Shown: positions 1 to 8,963 of the stretch, piece by piece | How the letters are laid out: each line of letters starts with the position of its first letter | How positions within the stretch are numbered: position 1 is the first letter of the stretch | IMG/VR virus record: IMGVR_UViG_3300042328_001905 | Origin: an uncultured virus (IMG/VR IMGVR_UViG_3300042328_001905) | Lineage: Duplodnaviria > Heunggongvirae > Uroviricota > Caudoviricetes | Length of the DNA: 64,000 bases | Reading direction: 5' to 3' (one strand) | Notes under the pieces: generated by a model | The model's database searches: none | The model's input: only the letters and a program-made list of their open reading frames with translations | What the model was told of the DNA's origin: nothing | Translations under genes and position numbers: made by a program

Positions 1-42
1 CAGAGTCGAGAGGCACTTACCCACCATAGCATAAAGCGATAC
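1..42 (-). tRNA. possible 5' half of a tRNA (Gln, CTG?) cut off by the window edge
   Basis: Reverse complement ends ...CTCGA-CT-CTG, resembling an anticodon stem/loop, next to the tRNA cluster. D-arm pairing is weak and the 3' half is outside the window. Confidence 0.3.
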
Positions 43-51
43 TATGCATTT

Positions 52-126
52 TGGTATTCCCTACGGGATTCGAACCCGTGACGTCTCCGTGAAAGGGAGA
101 TGAGATAACCACTTCTCCAAGGGAAT
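52..126 (-). tRNA. tRNA-Glu(TTC)
   Basis: Acceptor ATTCCCT/AGGGAAT, anticodon arm TCTCC-CT-TTC-AC-GGAGA, GGTTCGAATCC T-arm, encoded CCA. Confidence 0.95.
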
Positions 127-131
127 AAAAT

Positions 132-209
132 TGGCTCCCAGTGTTGGTAACGATCCAACCTCATTCTCGATTAACAGTCGAGCGCATTCACCATGATTGC
201 TAACTGGGA
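132..209 (-). tRNA. tRNA-Asn(GTT)
   Basis: Acceptor TCCCAGT/ACTGGGA, anticodon arm CTCGA-CT-GTT-AA-TCGAG, encoded CCA; atypical T-loop ATCGTTA. Confidence 0.9.
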
Positions 210-220
210 TTTATTCATTT

Positions 221-249
221 ATTATACTATAGACTCTGTTGTAAGTCAA
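221..249 (-). promoter_or_regulatory. sigma70-type promoter for the tRNA genes
   Basis: TTGACT-17 nt-TATAAT on the minus strand. Confidence 0.8.
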
Positions 250-875
250 GCATTATTTACTACAATATCTAAAATTTTCAATTCAAGATCACGAAATGAT
301 CCATTATTCTCAACAACATGATCAATATGAGGATTACCTATCCACTCATACTCAGATTTATGTATCTTATGTTCTAGAGCATATTTTTCCCACTGTGCAG
401 GAATTGTTTTCATACAACTTTCATGCCATTTCCACCAATCAGGTTGAGTTTCTGTTCTATCAACCTGAACCAATAATGAGTTTAGAGATTTAAGAAATCT
501 TATTTCATTATTAAATCTAACATCAGTAATAACAACATTTTCGTATTGTAGAATTTTACGTTCTAAACTATCAACCCATATAGTATCTATAAGGTTATTT
601 CTACAAACTTCAGTTCCAAAAATTTGTAAAATATATCTTGGTGTAATATCTCTATTAAATTTCTTTGACCAAAACGGATCAAGTGTTTCACGAAATTCCC
701 TAGATTCTAGGGTATCACCTTCAAGTAAAGCTCTTTCCCAACCGAAAATAGCAGAAACGCTATCTTTTAAACTACCAGCAAAAGATAATGGAACAAATTT
801 ATGTTCTGTATGTGCTAAAATTTCACCTACAGTTCCTTTACCAGAACCGATAAAACCCAATAAACCAATAATCAT
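246..875 (-). CDS. gp1: deoxynucleoside monophosphate kinase (T4 gp1-like)
   Basis: IIGLLGFIGSGKGT P-loop; SFAGSLKD, TPRYILQIFGTE, ITDVRFNNE and HKSE motifs. Confidence 0.9.
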   Translation of the reverse strand: MIIGLLGFIGSGKGTVGEILAHTEHKFVPLSFAGSLKDSVSAIFGWERALLEGDTLESREFRETLDPFWSKKFNRDITPRYILQIFGTEVCRNNLIDTIWVDSLERKILQYENVVITDVRFNNEIRFLKSLNSLLVQVDRTETQPDWWKWHESCMKTIPAQWEKYALEHKIHKSEYEWIGNPHIDHVVENNGSFRDLELKILDIVVNNA

Positions 876-1057
876 AATATCACCAATTTAACCAAAATAT
901 TTCGTTTTTTCAAACGAACACTTTTAGAAAATTCTCTATCAGAGATCATTTGCTTAAATGAACCTTTATCATACATTTTTAAAAAGTTAATTTTAGCATC
1001 TAATTCTTTTATTTCAGTATCAACAAATCGAATTTCATCAATTAAAGTTCTATTCAT
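872..1057 (-). CDS. hypothetical protein (61 aa, MNRTLIDE...)
   Basis: The ORF-track start (1102) lies inside tRNA-Met. The ATG at 1057 has an upstream AGGT, and the stop overlaps the kinase start. Confidence 0.55.
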   Translation of the reverse strand: MNRTLIDEIRFVDTEIKELDAKINFLKMYDKGSFKQMISDREFSKSVRLKKRNILVKLVIL

Positions 1058-1074
1058 AATAAAATACCTAAAAT

Positions 1075-1150
1075 TGGAAGCGGAGAGTTGGAATTGCACC
1101 AACGACCTCTAGGTTATGAGCCTAGCATTCTACTACTGAACTATCCCGCA
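1075..1150 (-). tRNA. tRNA with CAT anticodon (Met or Ile2)
   Basis: Anticodon arm CTAGG-CT-CAT-AA-CCTAG, encoded CCA, imperfect acceptor stem, T-loop TGCAATT. Confidence 0.85.
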
Positions 1151-1242
1151 ATAATTAATCAGAACTCTTGTATATATCTACACTTTGGTAGAAACCTAAC
1201 AGGTGGTGTACAACTTTCACTGTTTATATTGTACTATTAAAT

Positions 1243-1320
1243 TGGTCGGAATTGCAGGATTCGAACCTGCGACTTCACCGCCCCAAACGGTGCACTCTGG
1301 CCAAACTGAGTTAAATTCCG
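1243..1320 (-). tRNA. tRNA-Pro(TGG)
   Basis: Acceptor CGGAATT/AATTCCG, anticodon arm CACCG-TT-TGG-GG-CGGTG, TTCGAAT T-loop, CCA. Confidence 0.95.
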
Positions 1321-1328
1321 AATAATTT

Positions 1329-1404
1329 TGGTGCCGCCAGAGGGACTCGAACCCCCAACCCCCTGATTACAAATCAGGTGCACTACCAATTGTGCTATAA
1401 CGGC
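1329..1404 (-). tRNA. tRNA-Thr(TGT)
   Basis: Anticodon arm CCTGA-TT-TGT-AA-TCAGG, TTCGAGT T-loop, CCA. Confidence 0.95.
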
Positions 1405-1411
1405 AAAATCT

Positions 1412-1840
1412 TTATGCTAATAAGTCTTTAACTAATTTACTAGCAATTGTACCATCATATCTACCTAAATATTCCGATTTTAATTTACCCATAATTACTC
1501 CCATTGATTTAGGGGATTTTTCAGGTAATTCAGAAATTAAAGCAGTAATAATTTCTGTTAATTGGATATCAGTTAACAGTTCAGGCAAGTATTTATTATA
1601 AAGTGAAATTTCGAAATCTAAAAATTCGTTAGAACCTTTAATTTTAATAATTTCTTCAACACCAACTTTAAATTTTCTGGTTACAGCAAGAACTTCTTCG
1701 TTGGTGGATTCACCATTACGTTTAGTTTTACCCACCATAGCTGCTTCAGAATAAAGAGTTGTCAATAAAGTCAACAACCTAGCATCTTTATTACGTCTAG
1801 CCGCATCTAAATCAGTTCTAATTATACTCAATAAACTCAT
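1412..1840 (-). CDS. GatB/YqeY-domain protein
   Basis: 142 aa with YqeY-like pattern: DLDAARRNKD..RLLTL, EISLYNKYLPELL, MGVIMGKLK..YLGRYDG. Confidence 0.8.
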   Translation of the reverse strand: MSLLSIIRTDLDAARRNKDARLLTLLTTLYSEAAMVGKTKRNGESTNEEVLAVTRKFKVGVEEIIKIKGSNEFLDFEISLYNKYLPELLTDIQLTEIITALISELPEKSPKSMGVIMGKLKSEYLGRYDGTIASKLVKDLLA

Positions 1841-1854
1841 AATATTCTCTAATT

Positions 1855-1931
1855 TGGTACGGGTGGACAGACTCGAACTGTCACTTGATAGATTTTAAGT
1901 CTATTGCCTCTGCCTATTGGGCCACACCCGC
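1855..1931 (-). tRNA. tRNA-Leu(TAA), short variable arm
   Basis: Anticodon arm ATAGA-CT-TAA-AA-TCTAT, TTCGAGT T-loop, CCA, 77 nt. Confidence 0.92.
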
Positions 1932-1946
1932 ATTACTAATAAAATT

Positions 1947-2032
1947 TGGTGGGTAAGGTAGGATTTGAACCTACTCAGCCAGTGGCGCGGGATTTACAGT
2001 CCCGTGTGACTCTCCAACTTCACCGCTTACCC
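1947..2032 (-). tRNA. tRNA-Tyr(GTA)
   Basis: Acceptor GGGTAAG/CTTACCC, anticodon arm CGGGA-CT-GTA-AA-TCCCG, long variable arm, CCA. Confidence 0.95.
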
Positions 2033-2052
2033 TTAATTCAAACTATATATCT

Positions 2053-2170
2053 ATTGTACTATAGAATTACTATTTAGTCAAGCACTTTTTTCTATTTAGT
2101 AAATTTTTACTATTTTTTAAAAAAGATCAAAGTATAGACGTATTCTATACTAAGATCTCTGTTTAGTCAA
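2053..2170 (-). promoter_or_regulatory. two tandem sigma70-type promoters upstream of the tRNA cluster
   Basis: TTGACT-17-TACAAT (2053-2081) and TTGACT-17-TAGAAT (2142-2170), both preceded by GTGC. Confidence 0.75.
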
Positions 2171-2178
2171 GCACTTTT

Positions 2179-2973
2179 TTACAATTCACCAAGATAATTT
2201 GCTACAGCAGGAAGATTTCCTTGGAAATGATAGGTCCCAACGTGTACACAATTGATCCACGGAGCCATCCAAACTTCAACTCCAATTTTTCTACACTGTT
2301 GACAAAAATGGTAATCTTCGCTAAGAACGCGATTAGATGCTTCATCAATTTCAACGTTGAAATATGAATGAATTTTTCTATCGCCACCAAAATGCGCAGT
2401 ACCAACGTGATCAGGTGTATACTCATATTGCGGGTAGGCTTCTTTGAATTTAGCAAATACTGATCTATTTGTCATCATCATACCAGTACCAATTTCAAGA
2501 ACTTGAAGAGGTTCTGTTACATTAAAATGGGTTGTTCCTGCAACTGGGTTAAAAACAATGTCACCACCCAATCTTTCTAGTTCACCAGCAGATATTTCCG
2601 GATTTTTAACTATCGCTTTCTTTATATTTTCCCATTTAATAGTTTTCTTAGGGTATGGAGCTCCTATAATATCTTTATCTAAAGCTAACATAGCAATAAT
2701 ATCCATTGGATTAAAACCAATATCAGCATCAATAAACATTAAATGTGAACAATCGGAACGCAAAAATTCATCTACAATATAATTTCTAGCTCGTTGGATT
2801 AGACTTTCATTAAATAAAAATGAAAATCTAACTTCAATACCATATTGCATACATGCAGATTGAAGGTCTAAACAAGATTTCATATATGTACCCAAACAGC
2901 TCCCGCCATACATTGGAGTACCAATAAAAAGTTTTTTACCAATAAATCTGTCTTTTTCTAAATTAATTTCCAT
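2179..2973 (-). CDS. GT-A fold glycosyltransferase-like protein
   Basis: FIGTPMYGG start, ESLIQRARN, DxD motif (FIDADI), LSEDYHFC. Confidence 0.75.
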   Translation of the reverse strand: MEINLEKDRFIGKKLFIGTPMYGGSCLGTYMKSCLDLQSACMQYGIEVRFSFLFNESLIQRARNYIVDEFLRSDCSHLMFIDADIGFNPMDIIAMLALDKDIIGAPYPKKTIKWENIKKAIVKNPEISAGELERLGGDIVFNPVAGTTHFNVTEPLQVLEIGTGMMMTNRSVFAKFKEAYPQYEYTPDHVGTAHFGGDRKIHSYFNVEIDEASNRVLSEDYHFCQQCRKIGVEVWMAPWINCVHVGTYHFQGNLPAVANYLGEL

Positions 2974-3010
2974 AATCTACCTTAATAATAAATGTTATAA
3001 TTCTATATAG

Positions 3011-3553
3011 TTAAAAATATTCTGCATGTTTTAACAATTTTCCTACTAAATCTTTTTGAGATACAATTACATTATCATGAATACATAAATTTATATCCGG
3101 ATCCATATATGTTATAGATCTATCGCACACAGGGTCATAATAATCCGTTACCTTATACACAAATTCAGCATAATCAGAAATTGTTAAAAATCCGTGAGCA
3201 AAACCCTGCGGTATCCATAATTGTCGAGCATTTTCTGCTGATAACACAACGGAAATATATTGACCGAATGTCTCAGAAGTTTTTCTAATATCAACAGCAA
3301 AATCAATAACTTCCCCAGAAATTACTCTAACTAATTTTCCTTGCGCTTTAGGAGGTAATTGATAGTGTAATCCCCTAAACACATTTTTTATAGATTTTGA
3401 GTGGTTATCTTGAACAAAATTTACAGGATAACCTACAGCTTGTTCAAAAACAGTTTGATTAAAACTCTCGAAAAATAATCCACGATCATCATTATATATT
3501 GTTGGTTCTATTAATAATAATAATCCATCAAGAGATAATTTAGTAAAATTCAT
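3011..3553 (-). CDS. rmlC: dTDP-4-dehydrorhamnose 3,5-epimerase
   Basis: DDRGLFFESFN, VQDNHSKS, RGLHYQ, QLWIPQGFAHGF; start moved to MNFTKL at 3553. Confidence 0.95.
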   Translation of the reverse strand: MNFTKLSLDGLLLLIEPTIYNDDRGLFFESFNQTVFEQAVGYPVNFVQDNHSKSIKNVFRGLHYQLPPKAQGKLVRVISGEVIDFAVDIRKTSETFGQYISVVLSAENARQLWIPQGFAHGFLTISDYAEFVYKVTDYYDPVCDRSITYMDPDINLCIHDNVIVSQKDLVGKLLKHAEYF

Positions 3554-3554
3554 A

Positions 3555-4340
3555 TTAGATCCAATTATAATGTGCAGCAATTTCAGTTAAATTTGAAATT
3601 TTTAAACCTTGTCTATTTTGTATTGTTGATATAAACTGACTAGCTTCTAATAATGAATCGAAAGTTCCAGTATCTAACCAAGCAACTCCTCTTCCCAATA
3701 TTTCAACATTCAAATCTTGTTTATTTAAATATAATTTATTTAAATCTGTTATTTCTAATTCACCTCTACTGGACGGAGATAAAGTTTTAACATCACGAAC
3801 AACATTATTTGAATAAAAATATAATCCAGGAATAGCATAATTCGTTTTAGGTTTTTTAGGTTTTTCTTCGATAGAAACTGCTTTACCTTTTTTTATTTCA
3901 ACAACACCAAATCTTTCGGGATCATTAACATGATACGCAAAAATAGTATTTTCCACGCTTATATTAATTTTTCGCAACAATTCAGGTAAACCATGCCCAA
4001 AAAAGATATTATCACCTAGAATTAAAGCAACAGGAGAATTATCAATAAATTCTTTAGCGATAATAAATGCCTCAGCAATACCAGTAGGTTTTTCTTGAAC
4101 CAAATATGTAAACGAAACTCCAAATTGACTACCATCACCTAATAAATTTTCCATAACAGGAAGGTCTTTTGGAGTAGAGATAATCGCAATTTCTTTTATA
4201 CCAGCAAGCATTAATACACTTATTGGATAATAAATCATTGGTTTATCATATATAGGCAATAATTGTTTACACACTATATCAGTTAAAGGTTTTAACCTTG
4301 TGCCAGCTCCACCAGCTAATACGATACCTTTTCTATTCAT
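3555..4340 (-). CDS. rmlA: glucose-1-phosphate thymidylyltransferase
   Basis: KGIVLAGGAGTRL, KQLLPIYDKPMIYYP, LILGDNIF, RGELEITD, GRGVAWLDTGT. Confidence 0.95.
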   Translation of the reverse strand: MNRKGIVLAGGAGTRLKPLTDIVCKQLLPIYDKPMIYYPISVLMLAGIKEIAIISTPKDLPVMENLLGDGSQFGVSFTYLVQEKPTGIAEAFIIAKEFIDNSPVALILGDNIFFGHGLPELLRKINISVENTIFAYHVNDPERFGVVEIKKGKAVSIEEKPKKPKTNYAIPGLYFYSNNVVRDVKTLSPSSRGELEITDLNKLYLNKQDLNVEILGRGVAWLDTGTFDSLLEASQFISTIQNRQGLKISNLTEIAAHYNWI

Positions 4341-5292
4341 TTTGTAAATACCAATCTATTGTTTGTTTTAATCCATCTTCAAATTTAACAGTTTGTTTCC
4401 AACCTAATTTTTGTAGTTTACCTGAATTAATATCATATCTAATATCATGACCAGGTCTATCAGCAACAAATGAAATTAATTTAGAATAAAATTTATTTTT
4501 AGGAGCAACTTTATCTAGGTAACTACAAATCATATTTACAACTTCTAAATTTGTAATTTGATTATCACCGCCAATATTATAAGTTTCTCCGACAACACCA
4601 TGTTCTAAAATTAATCTTAATGCTGAACAATGATCGGAAACAAATAACCAATCCCTAATTTGTCTACCGTTACCATATATAGGTATATTTTTTCCCTGTA
4701 AACACGATCTAATTACAGTGGGAATAAATTTTTCTTGGTGTTGAAATTTACCATAATTATTGGAACAATTTGTTGTAATAGTTTGTAAACCGTATGTTTT
4801 ATGATATGCTCTAACAATATGATCACTAGCAGCTTTACTAGCAGAATATGGACTATTTGGTCTATATGGTGATTCTTCAGTTGAAGGGTTATCATATTCA
4901 CCTAAAGAACCAAAAACCTCATCAGTTGATACATGAACAAATTTAATAGATTTATCAAATTTTTTTACACATTCTAATAAATTTGCTGTACCGAGAATAT
5001 TTGTTTTAAAAAATATTTGAGGATCTTTAATAGAATTATCTACATGCGATTCAGCAGCAAAATGAATTATTGCTCTTGGTTTATATGCAGCTAACAGATA
5101 TAAAATAGAATCATAATCATTAATATTAACAACATGATTTTTTAACTGAGTAGACTTAATGGTGTCAATATAATCTGAACTTGAATAAGTTAAACTATCT
5201 ATATTAACAATATCTTCATCCATAAGTTCACACCATTCAGTTATGAAATTAGAACCAATAAACCCATTACCACCAGTAACAAATATTGTCAT
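4333..5292 (-). CDS. rmlB: dTDP-glucose 4,6-dehydratase
   Basis: TGGNGFIGSNF, HFAAESHVDNSI, HVSTDEVFGSL, SPYSASKA, DRPGHDIRY. Confidence 0.95.
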   Translation of the reverse strand: MTIFVTGGNGFIGSNFITEWCELMDEDIVNIDSLTYSSSDYIDTIKSTQLKNHVVNINDYDSILYLLAAYKPRAIIHFAAESHVDNSIKDPQIFFKTNILGTANLLECVKKFDKSIKFVHVSTDEVFGSLGEYDNPSTEESPYRPNSPYSASKAASDHIVRAYHKTYGLQTITTNCSNNYGKFQHQEKFIPTVIRSCLQGKNIPIYGNGRQIRDWLFVSDHCSALRLILEHGVVGETYNIGGDNQITNLEVVNMICSYLDKVAPKNKFYSKLISFVADRPGHDIRYDINSGKLQKLGWKQTVKFEDGLKQTIDWYLQNE

Positions 5293-5894
5293 TATTCAGT
5301 TTCCCTAATCATTGTATTAGTTCTAACAAATTTTTTAATTTTTTTATTCAACGCTTTTCTAGCTCTTTCTAAATTTAATTGCGAGACTTTACTCTTAAAA
5401 TCAATACCATTTAATCTATCAATATTTTGTTGGATAATTCTGGCAGTTAATCCTTCAAATTGAAGTAATTTAGTTTCTCCATTATAATCTTGATATTGCA
5501 ATACAATTGATTTTGGTCGTTTTACATGAAGTAATAATCCCATATTACTAAGATCGCTTTCTTGCATTAGTACCTCACCATCAGAACTGATTATAACAGG
5601 ATTATAAAATGCCACAAAATTATCATCAGAACCAGCAACAAAAACTCTATATTGTAACCCACATTGATTCGCAGCAATACCATAAACTCTATGATATTTT
5701 GCAGTCTCAACTAATCTTGATGCAATATCAATAGAATCTAAAGTCGGGTCACCGAAATCAAAATCTTTTAATTTGGCCGATAAAATTGAAGAATTTTGAT
5801 CAACTAAAGAATAAGGTTTAAATTGAGGTTCAGGTGGTGAAGCACCTACAGTTGATAGAGAACTGGTTGTATCATATATAAATTTATTATTCAT
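5292..5894 (-). CDS. def: peptide deformylase homolog, metal ligands lost
   Basis: GIAANQCG and FYNPVI retained; EGCLS replaced by ESDLS and QHExDHLxG by QQNIDRLNG. Confidence 0.75.
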   Translation of the reverse strand: MNNKFIYDTTSSLSTVGASPPEPQFKPYSLVDQNSSILSAKLKDFDFGDPTLDSIDIASRLVETAKYHRVYGIAANQCGLQYRVFVAGSDDNFVAFYNPVIISSDGEVLMQESDLSNMGLLLHVKRPKSIVLQYQDYNGETKLLQFEGLTARIIQQNIDRLNGIDFKSKVSQLNLERARKALNKKIKKFVRTNTMIRETE

Positions 5895-7864
5895 TGTATT
5901 ACCTTCATTTTAGAGAAATTTTTAACTTTTTCAAATTTTAATATTGAATCAAATTTATCTGATACTTGATCAGATTTATGGCTAATAACAAAAATATTAG
6001 TGTGTTTATCTACTGTTGATAAAAGATTCATAAAAACATCAGTACCACCTGTATCAAGAGATCCATCCATAATCTCATCAAGAATTAACAAATTTGTATT
6101 TACTGAATTTTTTAATCTAGCTAATTGCCTAAATGAAAATAAAATAGCTAAATCTAATCTAGTTTTTTCACCTTCAGAAAAATTGGCATAAGTAAATTCA
6201 TCCCGATGTCTTGATTTAATTACCTCTTCAAAATTTTCATTAATATTAAAATTAACAAAAAAATCTAATTGAGTTAAATATTGATTTATGTACTTATTTA
6301 AGATCGGAAGATATTGTTTAATGATACGAGTTTTAATACCACCATCTTTTAACATTATAGAAATAAAATCGTAATAACTCTTTTCATTTATATATTCTTC
6401 ATATTGTTCAACGTAAACATCTAAGCTTTCAATTAATTCTTGGAGGGTATCATGTCCAGTTTCTTTAGCATCAGTCGAATCTTTTATGGTATCAATTTCA
6501 GCAGAAACTAATTTTATATATTTTTGAGCAGATTTAATATTTGAATTTTTATCCAGAATAATAGAATTATTATTCAATATTTTCTCATTAACTTCTTTAA
6601 TTTCAGTTAATCTTTTTTGCACAGTTCTATAGTCTTCAATTAATTTTTGTTCACCACATTTTAATTCTTTCATTTTTTCTGTGTTACTAGAAACAATTTG
6701 AGTTTTAAAAATATGGTTTATTGTTTGTTTACAAGTCGGGCAATTATCATTATCATGATAAAATTCATTTTCTTTTTCGATTTTAGAAATATTACTTTTT
6801 AACTTAACACCAATATCCGCTAACTTTTTTTGTTTTTTTTCTAATGAACTTAAATCAGTGATTTGTTCCGATAAAGATTCATTTTCTTCTAATAGTTTTT
6901 GTATGGATTGTTGTAAATCCTCAACTTCAATAGCTGTATTGGAAATAATTTCCCTTTTACGCAAAACCAACTCATCAGAAGCTTTTTTATTTTGTTTTAT
7001 ATTTTGTTTCTGTAGTTCAATTTTATCTTTAAACAGCTCAATTTTATATTTACAATCTTGAACTGAATCTTTTATTCCAGATAGTTTATCTTTTACGATA
7101 GAATTCATATTAGAAAAAATTTGAATATCTAACAAATCTTCAATAACAGAACGTCTATCACTGGCAGATAATTGCATAAAAGGGGTGTATCTAGCAGAAC
7201 CTAAAATCACAACTTGAGTAAACGATTTATAGTTCATTTTTAATATATATCTTTCTAATTGCTCTTGATAATCTTTTACTTTTGCATCTTGTTTTACAAG
7301 AACATTATTACAATAAACTTCAAAAATATTAGGTTTAATTCCTCTAATAATTTTATATTTGTTTGGTCCAATAGAAAATTCTATCTCGGTAACAAGTTCA
7401 GATTTATTAATAGAATTGATCAGCTGACCTTTATTTATTTTTCTAAAAGGTTTTCCATAGAGAGCAAAAGTTATAGCATCAATAAATGTTGAATTGTGAG
7501 ATACTAACCCATTAGCAAAAAATTCTTTTACTTCAGCAACTTGCAAATCGAAAAGATCTTCTTTCGATTTAAGCATTTTTATAGAAGTAATTTTAACAGG
7601 ACCATTTTCAGTAAAAAGAAAATCTCCCACAGTTAAAGTTTTACTCGGTTTCCATTCACAATTATTACTTAACATTAAATGATCGGGGGAAACTTTTATT
7701 TGATTTCCAGAATCAACTTTAAATTTTAAGACTTGAGAGTGTTTTGCAGTTAAAGCTGCTCCTTCAATAATTTTATATCCAAATCGAGTTTTTACAGAAA
7801 GTTTACCGCGCATTGCAGGATATTTTTCGTAAAATTTTACAACATCACCAACTGTAGTTTCCAT
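5891..7864 (-). CDS. gp46: gp46 (Rad50/SbcC-like ATPase) C-terminal part fused behind a C-intein
   Basis: Residues 1-124 are Hint domain ending FFANGLVSHN, then S-TFIDAITFALYGKPFR, coiled coil with CPTC hook, FSEGEK signature, LLILDE Walker B, ISHK. Confidence 0.95.
   Translation of the reverse strand: METTVGDVVKFYEKYPAMRGKLSVKTRFGYKIIEGAALTAKHSQVLKFKVDSGNQIKVSPDHLMLSNNCEWKPSKTLTVGDFLFTENGPVKITSIKMLKSKEDLFDLQVAEVKEFFANGLVSHNSTFIDAITFALYGKPFRKINKGQLINSINKSELVTEIEFSIGPNKYKIIRGIKPNIFEVYCNNVLVKQDAKVKDYQEQLERYILKMNYKSFTQVVILGSARYTPFMQLSASDRRSVIEDLLDIQIFSNMNSIVKDKLSGIKDSVQDCKYKIELFKDKIELQKQNIKQNKKASDELVLRKREIISNTAIEVEDLQQSIQKLLEENESLSEQITDLSSLEKKQKKLADIGVKLKSNISKIEKENEFYHDNDNCPTCKQTINHIFKTQIVSSNTEKMKELKCGEQKLIEDYRTVQKRLTEIKEVNEKILNNNSIILDKNSNIKSAQKYIKLVSAEIDTIKDSTDAKETGHDTLQELIESLDVYVEQYEEYINEKSYYDFISIMLKDGGIKTRIIKQYLPILNKYINQYLTQLDFFVNFNINENFEEVIKSRHRDEFTYANFSEGEKTRLDLAILFSFRQLARLKNSVNTNLLILDEIMDGSLDTGGTDVFMNLLSTVDKHTNIFVISHKSDQVSDKFDSILKFEKVKNFSKMKVIQ
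7493..7864 (-). mobile_element. split intein C-fragment (IntC, 124 aa)
   Basis: Block B SPDH, block F LFDLQV, block G FFANGLVSHN followed by +1 Ser. Confidence 0.92.
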
Positions 7865-7866
7865 AA

Positions 7867-8910
7867 TTATTTTTGTATATTTTCAATAAAAAGTTTATAT
7901 TGGGTTTTATCATACAATATAATAGAACCAAAAGTAGATTCTTTATATTTCATTTTTTGTAAGTATTCTTCATCAAAATATCCAGCTAATTCTATCCATG
8001 TATCAGTTTCTATAATATAAAAATCGCACCTCATTTTAGAATTTGGGTAATACTTTTCTATAATAAAATCTGTATCTAACTGTAAACCATGTTCTATTAA
8101 AAGGTTATAGAATAAAATTTCATTAGAAGATCGTAAAAGTTTTTTACCAACAACCATTGAATATAAAAAATTTCCATGTTTTCCAGTTAATTTTATTGGA
8201 TTTGTTGTAGATTTAAATTTAAAAATAGATGTTAACCAAAAATTAATATTGGTAGGCATATCAAATAATTCAAAGTAATATAGTTTTAAATATTTCTTTT
8301 TAAAATAATTTAATGGTAAATATAAATCAAATTCTTGTACGGTATCATATAGATAATTTTCTAACTCGTTTAAAGAATAAAAAACTTTACAATTTTTTGC
8401 AATTAAACACTCTATAAATTTTTCTCTACCTATATTATGTCCATATTTATTGGTAAATATATCCAATTTTAACGTAGTTTTTTTAGAATTCATAGATTTC
8501 TTATCATCTACAGATTTCGAATTTAAAGTGTTTTGCCAAGAAATTTGTCTTGTTTGCCACACTTCAACTCCTAAAATTGGACCATATTTATCAATACATT
8601 TCTGTAAAGAAAAAGTAGATTGAATTTCAGATACTTTTTCTTTTGCTTCTAACGCCGAAAATCCTTGATTAACCCAATACTCAACGCATCTAGGTGATGT
8701 TAGTTTAAATTGCTCTTTTGGTTTTTGGGATACAACTTTAGCACCTTTTTGTTGATTTGCTCTTCGCATTTCTTCAGCTTCAGCAACATCAACCCCAAAT
8801 TTATGCATATAATATTCTATATTACACGGTCTCCTAATTTTTATTTGATATTTTGCTTCTTCCTCAGTATAACCTTTCTTTAACCATGTATCTATCTTGA
8901 ACGCGGACAT
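7867..8910 (-). CDS. free-standing putative homing endonuclease, PD-(D/E)XK-like
   Basis: Lies between the intein halves; C-terminal RSSNE...RCDFYI...WIELAG nuclease-like motif; N-terminal repeats (CIEYYMHKFG, CVEYWVNQG, CIDKYG). Confidence 0.75.
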   Translation of the reverse strand: MSAFKIDTWLKKGYTEEEAKYQIKIRRPCNIEYYMHKFGVDVAEAEEMRRANQQKGAKVVSQKPKEQFKLTSPRCVEYWVNQGFSALEAKEKVSEIQSTFSLQKCIDKYGPILGVEVWQTRQISWQNTLNSKSVDDKKSMNSKKTTLKLDIFTNKYGHNIGREKFIECLIAKNCKVFYSLNELENYLYDTVQEFDLYLPLNYFKKKYLKLYYFELFDMPTNINFWLTSIFKFKSTTNPIKLTGKHGNFLYSMVVGKKLLRSSNEILFYNLLIEHGLQLDTDFIIEKYYPNSKMRCDFYIIETDTWIELAGYFDEEYLQKMKYKESTFGSIILYDKTQYKLFIENIQK

Positions 8911-8942
8911 ATAATTACCATAAAATTTATAACTTATAATTA

Positions 8943-8950
8943 TATTTATA
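8943..8950 (-). promoter_or_regulatory. T4-type late promoter for the endonuclease
   Basis: TATAAATA about 33 nt upstream of the ATG. Confidence 0.7.
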
Positions 8951-8963
8951 AAAATTAAATGGT

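Noticed and set aside
56..68. ATTCCCTACGGGA in tRNA-Glu matches the reverse complement of part of hairpin element copy 1
   Set aside because: Only 13 nt, and copy 2 differs there; probably chance rather than an att site, and no integrase is in the window
7865..8963. Group I intron interrupting gp46
   Set aside because: Flanks are only a few to about 50 nt with no intron core, and intein motifs on both ORFs explain the break
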